Shown in pieces: positions 38,960 to 54,533 of a stretch of DNA of 64,000 nt (its first letter is position 1; every line of letters begins with the position of its first letter). The stretch comes from Azolla caroliniana (lineage: Eukaryota > Plantae > Polypodiophyta). Position numbers and translations under genes: made by a program. The notes under the pieces were generated by a model. The model did no database searches and was not told where the DNA came from. It was given only the letters and a program-made list of their open reading frames with translations. Location of the stretch: positions 2,046,001-2,110,000 of the forward strand of contig JBHGNT010000020.1 of assembly GCA_043228905.1 (NCBI GenBank), given 5' to 3'.

Positions 38960-41943
38960 CTAGTGCTTTCTTTTGGCCCAAGGAGTGATGACCGTCTTTT
39001 GATCTTGATGTCGGTGCCTCCACCATCGAAACCTAAATCTTGATGCATACATATTCGTTTTCATTGATTCATGTGTCTCGACTTTAGTTGATGCACAGAT
39101 ATTTGATGTAGACAACCGAACATCAGAAGAATCAAGTATCTCGAAATCAACTTCGTGCTTATCATCATTAGCAATAGCATCTTTTGGTGCCACTGCCAGA
39201 AATAGCTCTTCAAGCTCCGGAAACACCATTGTTGATGCTAAACTTTGAGCTTGTATTGGGTCATGAATTAAAATATTCTCTGCAGGCAATTCTGCACAGC
39301 ATGAGGTGTAACTCGAAACCAGGGATTGGACCTGAAAGGAATAGAAAGAGATTCTTCAGAAATACAATCGGCCAAAAATAAATTCAACAAATACAAATTC
39401 TTTGCAACTTGCCCTCATCAAAGAATGGATTCCTACATGTCACGCTACCCAATTCAACAAAGGTTTTAGGTTGAAAACGATGCTTACCAAAGGATGAAAA
39501 GCCGCAGCATTCTCACGAATTACTCCGATAAGCTTCAGCTGCATGGCAATCAACACTTTGCTGCACAGAGATTTTGATAGCTCCACCAGTTTATTCCTTA
39601 AGCGAAACTGGTTCTGGTCCAAAGATTGTAAATGCTGACAGAGGAAGGGCTCTATGTATGTTTCATAGATATAGTCTGTACCCTGAGAACAATGATAGTG
39701 TAACAGTTATTAGTTCATGAAACATCTAACACTTTTTGAGCCCTACAATGATCAAATTTTGATTATGACTAAACATGTGACTTCCAACAAACTATGACTA
39801 ACAGAGACATGTACTGCGGAACTCGCTTGGATCGGTTTAATGTTCTTTATTAGTATTTAAAATCACTTGATCGGGCACAAAAAACGAATCGTTGTCCTTG
39901 TGAGAAATATGATAATCGATTCTAAGTTACATTCCTTCTCGCTTCCGTAAACAGTGAAGAATCCATAACGATGTGTAACTCTTTTAATACAGCCAAACAT
40001 TTGCCTCATTCACGTTTCAGTATAATGACTATAACCTACGTTTGTGTCTGCTCCTACCTTTGTATTTGGCAGCCATAGATAAACTATGAGAGCTACTTTA
40101 CTTCCACTATAGAATGGTACCCTGCATAGGCAACATACAGAGATTAATGCATGTCCAAAACTACCTTACTTCCATAGAATTCCGATGGATAAATACCATG
40201 ATATAAACGTGTCTGCCACTCTCTCAACTCCAGTAAAAACGGCCATGATCATCCTGCAAGTAAAAACGGTCATTGTCATATGTTTAGCGCGAGCGAGAGG
40301 GAGTGATTAGAATCAAATACCAAAAAACAACAAATCAACATAGCAGGCTTCCAAGAGATAAGAGATTTAGGAAAAAGGCAGCACATATAAAACGAAGTCA
40401 CATCTAATCATCAAAACTTATGTCTCACTTGACATGCATAGATCATATAAGAGAACAAAGTAGGCGCTTATGCTCCATAAATTTTGAGATTCAAGGATAA
40501 CTGATTAGGAGGACCAAACATATTGCCGTAATATAGGCAGGACAGCTTTTCTCCATTACATGGTACAAATCAAGAGACTTATTTCATACCAATATCGACA
40601 CCATGTCCGCAAATGCTCGAATTTCGGCTTGCTAGAATTAAGCGCTGCGAAGCACATGCAAGCTGGATACAGGTATCCAAAACATATACTGAGAAAACAA
40701 AAGAACACAAATAATCAGCATATGTTTATGGTTGCTCAAGGTGAGCAAGTTCGAGCCAAAAACCAAATATTTAGATTCAAAGAATTTCCAATCATTGGTT
40801 CAAAAATAGAATAGATTGTATAAAAGAAAGTGTAACTTACATACAATTCTCGATAACAAGTCAATTAGATTAAAGCATAGGGAATGTTGGCACAACTTAT
40901 AGAAAACATGATCTCAAAAATCAAAATTACATATAAATTCTTCACAAATTGGGAGATGTACTCTCATGTTCTCACATATTCATATGAAGAAGGAATGTTG
41001 GAGAGTGCGAGAGACGAGCACCAAACGAAAAACACATTTCCGCATCATTTGTTGAGAAATTGAGTAGATTTAACTAAATGAAACTGTGTTGTACAAGGGA
41101 ATTCTGAGAAAGAAGTCCATTAGCTTCACTACAAATTATGAGCAAAAATGAGAGAGGGATTTCCATAGTTTCAAGATTCACAATTTCTTATCATTTCTTC
41201 ATAGAACGAAGGAAACCGTGATCTATGATGCAGATTTCTGATGAAATGGAGATGAGTAAAACGCAGAACGAAGGAAGGATTAAGAAGGGGGAGAGAGAAA
41301 GAGGGAACTGTATCAGGGAATTCCGAGAAAGAAGTCCATTAGCTTCACTACAAATTATGAGCAATAATGAGAGAGGGATGTCCATAGTTTCAAGATTCAC
41401 AATTTCTTATCATTTCTTCCCGGAACGAAGGAAACCGTGATCTATGATGCAAAGTTCTGATGAAAAGGAGATGAGTAAAAAGCCGAAAGAAGGAAGGATT
41501 ACGAGGCGTGGGAGAGAAAGAAGGAATCGTATCAGTTCAAATTCATATTTCCATATCATTTCTTGAGAAAATGAGTGGATTGTTTGAAGTGAAGCTTGCT
41601 CAACATGGAATTCTGAGAAACAAGTCCATTAGATTTGCTAGAAATTATGTGAGAGCGACAGAGCAATTTTCATCCGTCCAAGATTCACCGTTCCCTTATC
41701 ATTTGTTCATAAGACGAAGGACAAAACTGTGCAGGCAAAAGTGATTGTGATTAAACAGGACCTTTCATGAGATTCGAGAATCAAGGAAAAAAGTTAGGAG
41801 AAAGAGGAGAGATGAGGGAGAGAGACACTAGCGACACATCGATTCACATTTCCTTGTAAGTTATTTGAAAAATGAAGAGAATTATTCCAGGAAAGGAAAG
41901 TTGCGCTCTGACATGGATCTGGGAGCAAGAAGTTGGATAGATT

Positions 41944-41991
<48 letters not shown>

Positions 41992-42479
41992 CACAGTTTC
42001 CTTGTCATTTCTTCACCAAACGAAGGAAAACTGTGTTCTGATATGCAAATTTCTCATGTAAACGTGATGTCTTATAGAAAGAGAGGCTGTGATGAAACAA
42101 GATGAGATTAAGGAATCAAGGAAAGAGATTTTGATCTCTCATGTAATCTCACCAGGTGTAATCGAAACAAAGACTGTGAGCTTACATCGAAATTCTAAAC
42201 GAGAAGTCCATCAGGTAGAACTCATGACATGTCATTGAAGCATAGACTGTGAACTTACATAGGAATTCTGAACTAGAAGTCCATTAGGTGAAACAAGAAA
42301 TCCATCAGGCAGAACTCATGAGATGTCATTGAAGCACAGATTGTGAACTTACGTAGGAATTACGAGTTCTGAACGAGAAGTCCATCAGGGGAAACAAGAA
42401 GTCCAGCAGGCAGAACACATGAGATGTCATTTAAGCAAAGACTGCAAACTTACATAGAAATTCTGAACAAGAATTCCAT
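38960..42479 (-). CDS. HVA22: HVA22-like protein, copy 2; exons 42454-42479, 40590-40688, 40197-40253, 40058-40121, 39488-39682, 38960-39331
   Basis: Appears identical to copy 1 at offset +12518. Confidence 0.87.
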
Positions 42480-42701
42480 CAGGTGAAACCCGCAGCGAAT
42501 TTCTTCTTCTTCCTCTTCTTCTCTTATTCCCAGGAAAGAAATGGATGGAAGGAGAGAGAAAAGCTGGAAGCACTTGAGAAATCCTGCGAAGACAAACTGT
42601 TGACAAATAGTTCATGATGGATGATCGAGCGTCAATGAAGAAGAAGAAGACAGCGATGATGAATACGATTGAGATTGAGCTTCGATGACGATGACGATGA
42701 C

Positions 42702-42749
<48 letters not shown>

Positions 42750-45724
42750 GATGAAGATGATGAAGAAGAAGAAGAAGAAGAAGAAGCGGAGGAAGAAGAA
42801 GAAGGCGCACGGTGATGGCGGTGGTGGTGGAGATGATGAAGAAGAAGAAAAAGAAGGCAATACAGGCAGATGCACAAACCCTAATTTCTCTGGTGATTTG
42901 CTTGCTTGTTATGTTCCCCGTGTGTGTGTTGCTTTCTTAGGGTTGGCGTTGGTTGTTCACCTCCTTCGAATCCAGAAATGAAATGGAATGGGAAACGAAG
43001 AGGAATTTCCCTCTCGTCCTTACTACTTACTATGCTATCGTTAAAACGATTCAAACAGAGCACAAAACACGGAGTTGAGCGAAACAGGCTTCAGTTATGT
43101 ATTATGTATTTTATGCGGTCAAAGGAAACAGGCTTCAGTTTATGTATTTATGTATTTTATGCATGCATGTCAAGGGAAACAGGCTTCAGTTGATGTATTG
43201 TGTATTGTGTATTGTGTATTGTGTATTATGTATTATGTATTATGCATGCAGTCAAGGCAAAAACAGTCTCGTGAAAAAACTTAAAAGAGAGAGACAGAAG
43301 AGAAAGGCAGAGAGGAGTTTCTTGGATGTATACATAACAAGGATATGGATGCATGGAGAGAATAGAAGCATAAGGATATAGATGCATGGAGAGAATAGAA
43401 GTATAAGGATATGGATGCATGGAGAGAATAGAAGAAACTACATATATACTGCACCACCGCACCATGCGTGCTCTACAAGCCCTATAGAGAGACGAAGCAA
43501 AAAAATGTGGAGTCGCTCCACAAGCCCCTACTAGCTAGCTAATCCATGAATGTTGCCCAGATTCAAATCTATAGGAGCATTTAGTTTGGAATGGCGCTAT
43601 TTCAAATCAATTACCATTTAACAAGTGCATGTAATTTAATCTTAGAAGCCTCGATAGTCGTAAGAGATGCGACTACATATACGTACGAAGAGCTACATTG
43701 TAAGCGTGGTGAAGCCGAGTGAGCGCCTTTGGGACATATATTATATAACGCGTTGCGAGCAAGCGCGGAGGGGCCCAAAGCATCCAGCTCAGCGTGTTTG
43801 TTGGTTCAACACGGATTCTGTGGGAATGAAACAATAAAAGTTTCGAATATGGGTGTCCATGTCGATTATATTCACGCGTGGTTGTGGTTGAGACGAAGCC
43901 ACGTGTGGCACATTCACGTGCCTTCCAGTAAGGTAAGGCAGGCGTTTTCAATCGCTCCACGTGTAAGGGTGTGCGTGTGTGGAGTCCACCTTAATGCCTC
44001 GATAATAGTAATATAGATCCACGTAGTTATAGTCACGTATGTACTAAGAAGTACATTGTAAGCACGCGGGTTCAGCTGAGTCGATGCTTTTGGGGCATAT
44101 ATTATGAAGGTAGGAGTGGAGGTGGGACAGGGTGGGCATGGGAAAGAAAGTTTACGGTAGGAAAAGGAGGACCTAAGTTTTTTCTGTCAACATCATTCTA
44201 TTCGTTCACAGGACTTCATCAAGAACGATCCTTAATTGTGAAAGGAAAAAGTTACGCTTTCCGCTAAAGTGATTCGAGAATCGATGGTGTGATGAATGAA
44301 TCGTTTATAGCCTTGGTAAGAACGAAAAACGTGTGCAAGACTGGCACTCCAAATTCTTCTCCTTTGTCTAAACCACGACAACGGACGTGTATGTGTTTTT
44401 TTGTACGTAAAAAAACTAGTAGGTATCTCTCAACCTCATATTCTTAAAAAACGGAGAGGAATAGTGCGAGTTCCAATTGTTTTGTTTTCTGGGTCATCGC
44501 CTTCATCTATTATATCTCTTACAAGCCCTTGAATATCTACTCGCGCATCAAGCCCGAAGCATGTTCAACGTTTTTTCACAAGGGAGTGGAGTGGGTGGTG
44601 GGTAGACAATGGACATGCATACATACAATATAGGCATTACCTAATAACAGGTAGAGATCTTCTTTTTGTGTTCTTTATTGGTTTGGGCGCCGTCCACCTC
44701 GAGGGGAGCGGTTGCCAACCGCTCCGCTCGAGGCGGACAAGGTCTTTTTTTTTAGGGGGGGGGGGGGGGAGGCACCTCCCCGAGTCAAGGGGAGGCCTCC
44801 TTTCTTCTTCCCCATCTTCGTTCCGCCTCCATGTGTAGGAGGCAAAGGAGGAAGACGGGGATGAAGAGACAGATGGAGAGGTCTTCCATTAGGTCGGAAG
44901 CCACCCTTCTCACTACCGATAATATGGATTTCTTATTATCGGCCATGAGTTCTGTCGAGCTTCACGGAAAAGTAGGCCGCTCCTTTTATAGGGGTAGGCC
45001 CCACGGGCGTCTGTATGTGGGACCGACGGACGAATGGGCGTCTGTATGTGGGACGGACGGGGGGCATCATCATCATCATCATCTAGCCACACTGCCACAG
45101 CACGGCACGGGCACCTCACTGTACTGCACAGCACAGCACAGCACAGCACCGCACCGCACCGTGCGTGCCTCAGATTCGCAGGAGGCATCGTTTCTTCTTC
45201 TTCCTCAGATCCTTCTCCTCTCCTCTCCTCTCCGTCGTTGCTGTTGCCGTTGCCGTTGCCGTCGCTCTTGCTCGCTCCTAGCCGTGGCTTTCCTTCTCTG
45301 TCACTTCCACTGTTGTTCTCTCTTTTCGCAGAAGCTCCTCTCCGCCGAGCCTCGCAAGTAAGTACAAGTACAAGTACGTATGTATGTATGTATCGACCTA
45401 CCTACGATCTCGCCTCAGAAGCTGCTGTTCGTTTCCCGTTTCTTTCATCCCGACCGTTGAGCTTAAATAAATCCTCCTCTCTTCTGGATGGGATGGAAAT
45501 GAGCAAGCATTAACCCCTGGAAAATGAATGCATTCCATACAGCAAAACAACAGAACTTCGTAGGAGTTTCAGATGCATTCCTGGCCGGCCCTATCCTAAC
45601 ATTGATGATGGATGTGATGTACCATATGAATCGACATCGGATCAGTCAGTCTATCTATCTATATATGGATTGATCCGATGTCGATTCATATACATATAAA
45701 AAAATACATACGATTCATACTTAC

Positions 45725-45755
<31 letters not shown>

Positions 45756-46256
45756 TGTATGTATGTATGGATGTATGTATGTATGTATGTATGTATGTAT
45801 GTATCAGTGCCTCGTTCTTCTGGATCCAGCATAAACATTTGTAGAAATTTGGATGGACTATGTACGTATTTGGAAGGAAGATCCTTCCATACAAGACTGA
45901 TCCACCGACCTTTCCCCCTTGTCTGTCTCCATCTCCATCTCAGTCTCATCCTCTTTCTTCTTGCAAATTTGTATGCACGTGCGCATACCAAACAGGTACA
46001 TATCGTAGTCAACATCGAGCGAGCAACCGTCTACTTACTGCGGTAACCTACCGACACAGGAGGAATAAGTTGTGGTATGGTGGTATGAATAGGGTACCAC
46101 GACATCCTTTTGTTATCTGCCTACAAATCAGCTTAAAAAATCCCGTTTTCCCTCTGTATAAACACCACCGATGCTTTTTTATGCCGTTCATCATTGTGCA
46201 TGTTCTTCTCTGTAGCTCTGCACACCATGTAACGGGGGACCACTTCCATGGACCTT

Positions 46257-48910
46257 ATGTCCGATGATGCATTTCTTGAAGCCGCAGCCATGATGATATA
46301 ACTGCATAACACGATCGCTTTTATGTCTTCAAATTTATGCAAGAAGAGGCTCTCGCCTGTGATGATTTGATTTTGTATGTTGAATATCGATAGTTCACAT
46401 CACCTTAAATGTGGCTTGCTTCTTGATGCCATGAGAGTTTTTGACAAAGCTTCCTCTTTTTTGAGTTCAGATTGCTGCGTGGAAGGCAGTACTTGTTGGC
46501 TACGTGGGAGATGGACATTTCAAGCAAGCACTACATACATTATTTATTGCAGAGAGATGGGAAAGAAGAGCTTACCTCAAAATGATGTGATTGTTGGATT
46601 CATATCTGAAACATGGCATTACTTATAAGATGTTGTTTCATGGAATTCTTTAATGAGTGATTGACGGAGCTCAAGAAGCTCTTTGCTCTTTTGGACAATT
46701 GCAGATTTGAGTCCATTTTTCCTACCCTTGTCTCATATATTTGTAGCTTGAAGGTAGGTACCCTTGTGGGATGAATGAATCGATGTTGAAGGTAGTCAGT
46801 CGGTCATATACGTTCCCTAATCCAAATTGAAGGTATTTTGGCTGACAAAGCTACAGTTGTGGATGTGTTTTCATCTCTCTGGCAATGGCAAGGAGATCCT
46901 ACCGCCTCAGGGGAAATGATTGCATGTTCTGGTGAATCAGATCTGGCTGCATGCACATCTTAAAATTGTTGTTGCTACTGCTATTTTAAATCTGGTCTCC
47001 TAGAGTGTGTATGCATAAGACTTTTGATAGATTTTCCAACCATGACACCCTCCTGGGAAACTTTGATAGGGGCTTATGCAAGATATGGCCGGCCAGAGAA
47101 GCAAGGCTGTTCAGCTTTTTGAGCATATGCAGAGAGAGGAGGACCTATACTATACACCTGGGAAGATTGGTCTCCTTGGCATCTTAAATCCTACTCCGGT
47201 GGGGAATCCCTCATTCATGGAAATGACGAGTTACGTTGAGCAGGAAAAAGGGAGGAAGGCATTGGAATTTCTTGACAGAATTAGGTTGTAGAGTAACACT
47301 TCTTCAAGTGTTATCACATACGGTTGCTTACTTGAAACCATGCGGAAGCATGGGATCTGTAGGCAAAGGCCAAGATTTCCATGCTGAAACTGCTCGAGAA
47401 AACTCATTTATGGGTACTTACTTATATGCAAGTTTTGGAATGGTAGAAAAGCCGTGCTAACTGTGGGACAAGGTTTTGATTCATGATATTTCCTTGTGGA
47501 ATGCATTCATTTCAGGCTATTTTGAACATGGTTGTGGTGGGAAGCTATACTCTCGTTGTTTCAAAGAGAATGCAGGTTCGTGGTATCGGCCTTGACTCTA
47601 AGCTTTGCATGCATCGTGAAAGCATGTGCTTGTACTGGATGTATAGATACAAGGATATGGATATATGGAGAGATTACAAGAAACTATATATGTATGTCTA
47701 TGTGTGTGTGGGTGTGGGTGTGGAAAAGACGTGTAAGTAGGCAGTCTGGTCAATATCTGTGCTAAATTTGTGTTGCTGTAATATGTAGTTAAGGATTAAA
47801 TGAGTTGAAGTTCACTTAGAATAGACTATGCACAGCGAGAACGTGATATGAGGAATCATCAACGTGTTTTAAAGAGATACAACGGGGAAGCATCTATTCA
47901 GATGCTTGTCGAGAAATAGTATACGGTGTAAAGGGAAAGGAACTACAACAGTGAGATCATTAAAAGAGGACATTTCAAGATAGAAGTATTCATGGGAAGC
48001 ATCTTGGTTGATATGTATGCACAATTGCGGTTTGCTTGCAGAAGCACAAATAGTGTTTGAGACATTACTGGTTCAGGTTGTATTTTGTCTTGGAACGCAC
48101 TTATTTCGAGATACACCCACGCGGGAAAAAGAAAGGAGGTAAGTTTTGAAAACTTTTCCTACCGGATATGCAGACCGGAAGCTATACTTACCAGATGCAC
48201 TGGCATCTTAACAGCATGTGGCAACTTATGGGTTGTATGGAAAAGAAACACATTACCCGCTGAAACTATTGCCGATCTCTTATTAGAGAAAGATGCGGTG
48301 TTTGGAAATGATTCAATGGAGATGTATGACAACTGCGGATACGTCAACGCACAACTAGCATTTGACGAGCTTTGAACTCGAGATGCACACAGTCTCATGG
48401 AATGTATTCATTCCTGGACATTGTGCACGTGGAAACATTGAAGAAGCATTGATACACTTGGAGCATACGAAGATGGATAAGATCTCCAGTCTTTCTCACT
48501 GTCTTGAAAGCATGTGGAAACTTAGGAGAAGCCGACAGGAAGCCTACGAAGGCAAAACAATACATTCGAGGGCCGTGATTAGATGGGTTTATATAGGGCA
48601 ATGACACTCTCAGCGGTGCATTGGTTGACATGTATTTAAAACCCGGCTTGGACTTTGGAATATAGTCATGTGGAAGTCTCCTTTGGCGAGACGTGCTCCC
48701 AGAGAGCATTTTATCGTTTTGAAAAAATGCAACTTGAAGATGATTTGTCGAATGGAGTCGCGTGCATCCACGTATTCTAAGCTTGTGCCAATGAAGGAGC
48801 TGTTGAAATTGGGAAAGAAATGTATGCCAAAATCACTAAGAGAATGAAAATCTCATCGCAAAACATTGATTTGATATGTACTCCACAGTGTGGTCAGCCC
48901 TCTTGGATGG
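46257..48910 (+). pseudogene. PPR pseudogene, copy 3
   Basis: Appears identical to 33740-36393 at offset +12517. Confidence 0.8.
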
Positions 48911-49360
48911 TTGTGAAACGTGGATAAATGTGGAGTTTGTTGTTACTTAGCAATGGATCGGTTGGGTTTGTTGTCAATTCGATTTGAATTCGGTCTTCTT
49001 GAGCAATACTCAGAGAGGGTCTGAAGATTGCTGATTCAGTCGTGGACTTTGACAATTCTATGATTTTGGGAAGGGTTTTCAAGTCAGCTCTTGTCGAATT
49101 TTCTGGTCCGTTTCTCTGTTGCAAAACTTGATGGAATGCTCTGATACCACTTGTTGGCTTTTGTGGTGGAATACGTATATGCATGGAAACCTATAGATGG
49201 ACTTGGTTAGAGTTAAGCAAATTAGACAGAGAGCTTGAAGGTATGTTATGCAAGACTAACTTGCAATAGAGGGTGTATATACAATATACATGGTGGAGCA
49301 AAAGAGCAAGCCTTGTTATTCTTGGAAGGCTTACCTCCTATTTTCTACCAATGCACAACA
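48911..49360 (-). mobile_element. Truncated Copia LTR (~49152-49360), PBS and leader, copy 2
   Basis: PBS GCTCTGATACCA at 49138-49149; retains the 25 bp missing at 36792. Confidence 0.7.
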
Positions 49361-51501
49361 TAGCTACACTCGTATGTTGGGCCATATACAAAGGTAGAGG
49401 GCTAAGCCTTTTATCCAAGCAAAAATGACATTTTTCACTTTTGTATGTTGTGATGGTAGTATTTCATCGATGTCAAGTATTTCACATACTGCGTACCTCT
49501 AATTAATTTAGTAACTAACAGTGATGAAGAGCTATTGAATGAATTGCTTAAAGAGTGGAATGAATTACTTAAGAGTAGAAAGGTGAGAAGATTCAACAAA
49601 GAGTAAAACGTAATTAATAAACGGTGGTGCTTAACTATAATCACCATTGTTGTCTTACATAAAAACCCTTCTCCTAATCCTCTGAATCACTACGCGAACG
49701 GAAATATTAGAAAGCACTCTATAGCTGCTGACTATTCTTTACAGCAACCACATTAGGTGGTTTGACCAAATTCCTATGTTGCTCTTAGTTTTTTGATTAA
49801 TCCAAAAATGCTAAAATTTTATCTAATAAAAGGAAGTAAAAGGTACGGCCCTTTAAATTGTTGGGGAAGACAACCAAGAGGATTTTCCTTTAAACCACCC
49901 TAAAAATGGTGGATATATGTTGTCCATAACAAGTGAATCATTGATTTCTATCAAGGATATCTTGTGCAAAGGGTATGGGCCATGGCTAGTTCTTATTTGT
50001 TGTAGGTGAGATCAAATTGGAAGTATACTAATGATTAAGAACACCCTTTGTTTTAAGCGGTAACATTTAATTCAGAAGTTTAATAAGTCTTTCCTTCCAT
50101 CGTTCCCCAAATCTGGCGATGCATGAGGTAGCATTTTTATGAGCAAGCACGCGAAAGGAGGTAGTATATAGATCTTATGAAACAATAGTGCATCCATCTA
50201 GTTTGTTCTACCTAGCCACATGTACGTATCACGTGTTGAAGGGGGCCTATCTAGTACGTAAAAAAGGTGTTTACAAGGGTGTAAGGCATCTAATTCGTTT
50301 AGCACGCCTCGCTACCCGTTTTTTGGTTTGGACATATAAACTGGAGTTTTAGTGGGGAGCGGGGGGGGGGGGTGATGATTTGTTTTAGTTGTTATAAGAA
50401 CTAAAATATGCGGTTTCTTTTCCATATCATATGATAAAAAAGCAAGGGAGGCGCGTGTATGGAATTATTAAGAAAAGGTGGAGTTGTATATGAGGAGTGA
50501 CTATATTAGAAATGGGGGAGGGGCAAAGGAGTTCTACATAGCGGGAGGGGTATGTGAGGAAATAGAGGGGGAAATAGGGTGGGGCTCATTACAAAAAAGA
50601 GGAGGGGTAAGTTAAGAAATTTTCGAAAGTGGGGGGGAGGGGTATAGAACAAATTCAAAGAAACTGTGGAAGGGGTTTCGTGTGTGAAATCAATGCACCT
50701 TTGACTAAATATGATTTGATAGGCACATTCCAATATACCTGCGTGATCCCATGACGGGATACATGTAGAAGTCTTGTCCATAAGGCTTGATCAAGAAATT
50801 ATGTATAAAATTAACTTGAACTCTATGCTTTCTTCTCTATCACAAAAGAGCTCTAAGTCATTCATGTAATTTGCAATTACGTTAAATGAGACTCAAAGTT
50901 GCTTATGCTACCATCTATAGTACACAAATTACGATTGCATTTGGGGCTTTTAACGTAGAAGCTTCATATCATTTGCATGTTAACGGTGGTATCAATCATA
51001 CAAGGAGTGAAACCCCTCATTAAACTCGATAGCAATAGGATTATAGCTCGTTACGAATCACTAACAAAAGAATCGTAATGCTGTGACAGACAGAAAAGAA
51101 TAGGAAATACTATAACCTATATTGTACTCGTGTAGTCATTACTCAAAGCCATGTGCAACTCATGAAGTTCCCCGTTTAACTTTTGATACTAACCATTCGC
51201 GCATCTGTAGCCAAAACTCAAGAACTTACTAGTACATATACAATTTATTTTTCCATAACCAGATAAGGTGGATTTCCATATTGGGCTCAAATGAACGTCG
51301 CTTTTCATTAGATTTCAAAAACCTGAAAATGGACATACGGCACCATGTCCAAATCTTTTATGAACGGACGGATATTGTGCTTCTATCTATGTACAACCGG
51401 ATAGATGTTAGTATAGAATGTACATAAATGGTCAAAGCATTCCCGCACAATAAGTGAGCCCTATGAGTATCCTGTTACCAAGAAGACTTGATCCTCAAAT
51501 C

Positions 51502-54485
51502 CTAGTGCTTTCTTTTGGCCCAAGGAGTGATGACCGTCTTTTGATCTTGATGTCGGTGCCTCCACCATCGAAACCTAAATCTTGATGCATACATATTCGT
51601 TTTCATTGATTCATGTGTCTCGACTTTAGTTGATGCACAGATATTTGATGTAGACAACCGAACATCAGAAGAATCAAGTATCTCGAAATCAACTTCGTGC
51701 TTATCATCATTAGCAATAGCATCTTTTGGTGCCACTGCCAGAAATAGCTCTTCAAGCTCCGGAAACACCATTGTTGATGCTAAACTTTGAGCTTGTATTG
51801 GGTCATGAATTAAAATATTCTCTGCAGGCAATTCTGCACAGCATGAGGTGTAACTCGAAACCAGGGATTGGACCTGAAAGGAATAGAAAGAGATTCTTCA
51901 GAAATACAATCGGCCAAAAATAAATTCAACAAATACAAATTCTTTGCAACTTGCCCTCATCAAAGAATGGATTCCTACATGTCACGCTACCCAATTCAAC
52001 AAAGGTTTTAGGTTGAAAACGATGCTTACCAAAGGATGAAAAGCCGCAGCATTCTCACGAATTACTCCGATAAGCTTCAGCTGCATGGCAATCAACACTT
52101 TGCTGCACAGAGATTTTGATAGCTCCACCAGTTTATTCCTTAAGCGAAACTGGTTCTGGTCCAAAGATTGTAAATGCTGACAGAGGAAGGGCTCTATGTA
52201 TGTTTCATAGATATAGTCTGTACCCTGAGAACAATGATAGTGTAACAGTTATTAGTTCATGAAACATCTAACACTTTTTGAGCCCTACAATGATCAAATT
52301 TTGATTATGACTAAACATGTGACTTCCAACAAACTATGACTAACAGAGACATGTACTGCGGAACTCGCTTGGATCGGTTTAATGTTCTTTATTAGTATTT
52401 AAAATCACTTGATCGGGCACAAAAAACGAATCGTTGTCCTTGTGAGAAATATGATAATCGATTCTAAGTTACATTCCTTCTCGCTTCCGTAAACAGTGAA
52501 GAATCCATAACGATGTGTAACTCTTTTAATACAGCCAAACATTTGCCTCATTCACGTTTCAGTATAATGACTATAACCTACGTTTGTGTCTGCTCCTACC
52601 TTTGTATTTGGCAGCCATAGATAAACTATGAGAGCTACTTTACTTCCACTATAGAATGGTACCCTGCATAGGCAACATACAGAGATTAATGCATGTCCAA
52701 AACTACCTTACTTCCATAGAATTCCGATGGATAAATACCATGATATAAACGTGTCTGCCACTCTCTCAACTCCAGTAAAAACGGCCATGATCATCCTGCA
52801 AGTAAAAACGGTCATTGTCATATGTTTAGCGCGAGCGAGAGGGAGTGATTAGAATCAAATACCAAAAAACAACAAATCAACATAGCAGGCTTCCAAGAGA
52901 TAAGAGATTTAGGAAAAAGGCAGCACATATAAAACGAAGTCACATCTAATCATCAAAACTTATGTCTCACTTGACATGCATAGATCATATAAGAGAACAA
53001 AGTAGGCGCTTATGCTCCATAAATTTTGAGATTCAAGGATAACTGATTAGGAGGACCAAACATATTGCCGTAATATAGGCAGGACAGCTTTTCTCCATTA
53101 CATGGTACAAATCAAGAGACTTATTTCATACCAATATCGACACCATGTCCGCAAATGCTCGAATTTCGGCTTGCTAGAATTAAGCGCTGCGAAGCACATG
53201 CAAGCTGGATACAGGTATCCAAAACATATACTGAGAAAACAAAAGAACACAAATAATCAGCATATGTTTATGGTTGCTCAAGGTGAGCAAGTTCGAGCCA
53301 AAAACCAAATATTTAGATTCAAAGAATTTCCAATCATTGGTTCAAAAATAGAATAGATTGTATAAAAGAAAGTGTAACTTACATACAATTCTCGATAACA
53401 AGTCAATTAGATTAAAGCATAGGGAATGTTGGCACAACTTATAGAAAACATGATCTCAAAAATCAAAATTACATATAAATTCTTCACAAATTGGGAGATG
53501 TACTCTCATGTTCTCACATATTCATATGAAGAAGGAATGTTGGAGAGTGCGAGAGACGAGCACCAAACGAAAAACACATTTCCGCATCATTTGTTGAGAA
53601 ATTGAGTAGATTTAACTAAATGAAACTGTGTTGTACAAGGGAATTCTGAGAAAGAAGTCCATTAGCTTCACTACAAATTATGAGCAAAAATGAGAGAGGG
53701 ATTTCCATAGTTTCAAGATTCACAATTTCTTATCATTTCTTCATAGAACGAAGGAAACCGTGATCTATGATGCAGATTTCTGATGAAATGGAGATGAGTA
53801 AAACGCAGAACGAAGGAAGGATTAAGAAGGGGGAGAGAGAAAGAGGGAACTGTATCAGGGAATTCCGAGAAAGAAGTCCATTAGCTTCACTACAAATTAT
53901 GAGCAATAATGAGAGAGGGATGTCCATAGTTTCAAGATTCACAATTTCTTATCATTTCTTCCCGGAACGAAGGAAACCGTGATCTATGATGCAAAGTTCT
54001 GATGAAAAGGAGATGAGTAAAAAGCCGAAAGAAGGAAGGATTACGAGGCGTGGGAGAGAAAGAAGGAATCGTATCAGTTCAAATTCATATTTCCATATCA
54101 TTTCTTGAGAAAATGAGTGGATTGTTTGAAGTGAAGCTTGCTCAACATGGAATTCTGAGAAACAAGTCCATTAGATTTGCTAGAAATTATGTGAGAGCGA
54201 CAGAGCAATTTTCATCCGTCCAAGATTCACCGTTCCCTTATCATTTGTTCATAAGACGAAGGACAAAACTGTGCAGGCAAAAGTGATTGTGATTAAACAG
54301 GACCTTTCATGAGATTCGAGAATCAAGGAAAAAAGTTAGGAGAAAGAGGAGAGATGAGGGAGAGAGACACTAGCGACACATCGATTCACATTTCCTTGTA
54401 AGTTATTTGAAAAATGAAGAGAATTATTCCAGGAAAGGAAAGTTGCGCTCTGACATGGATCTGGGAGCAAGAAGTTGGATAGATT

Positions 54486-54533
<48 letters not shown>

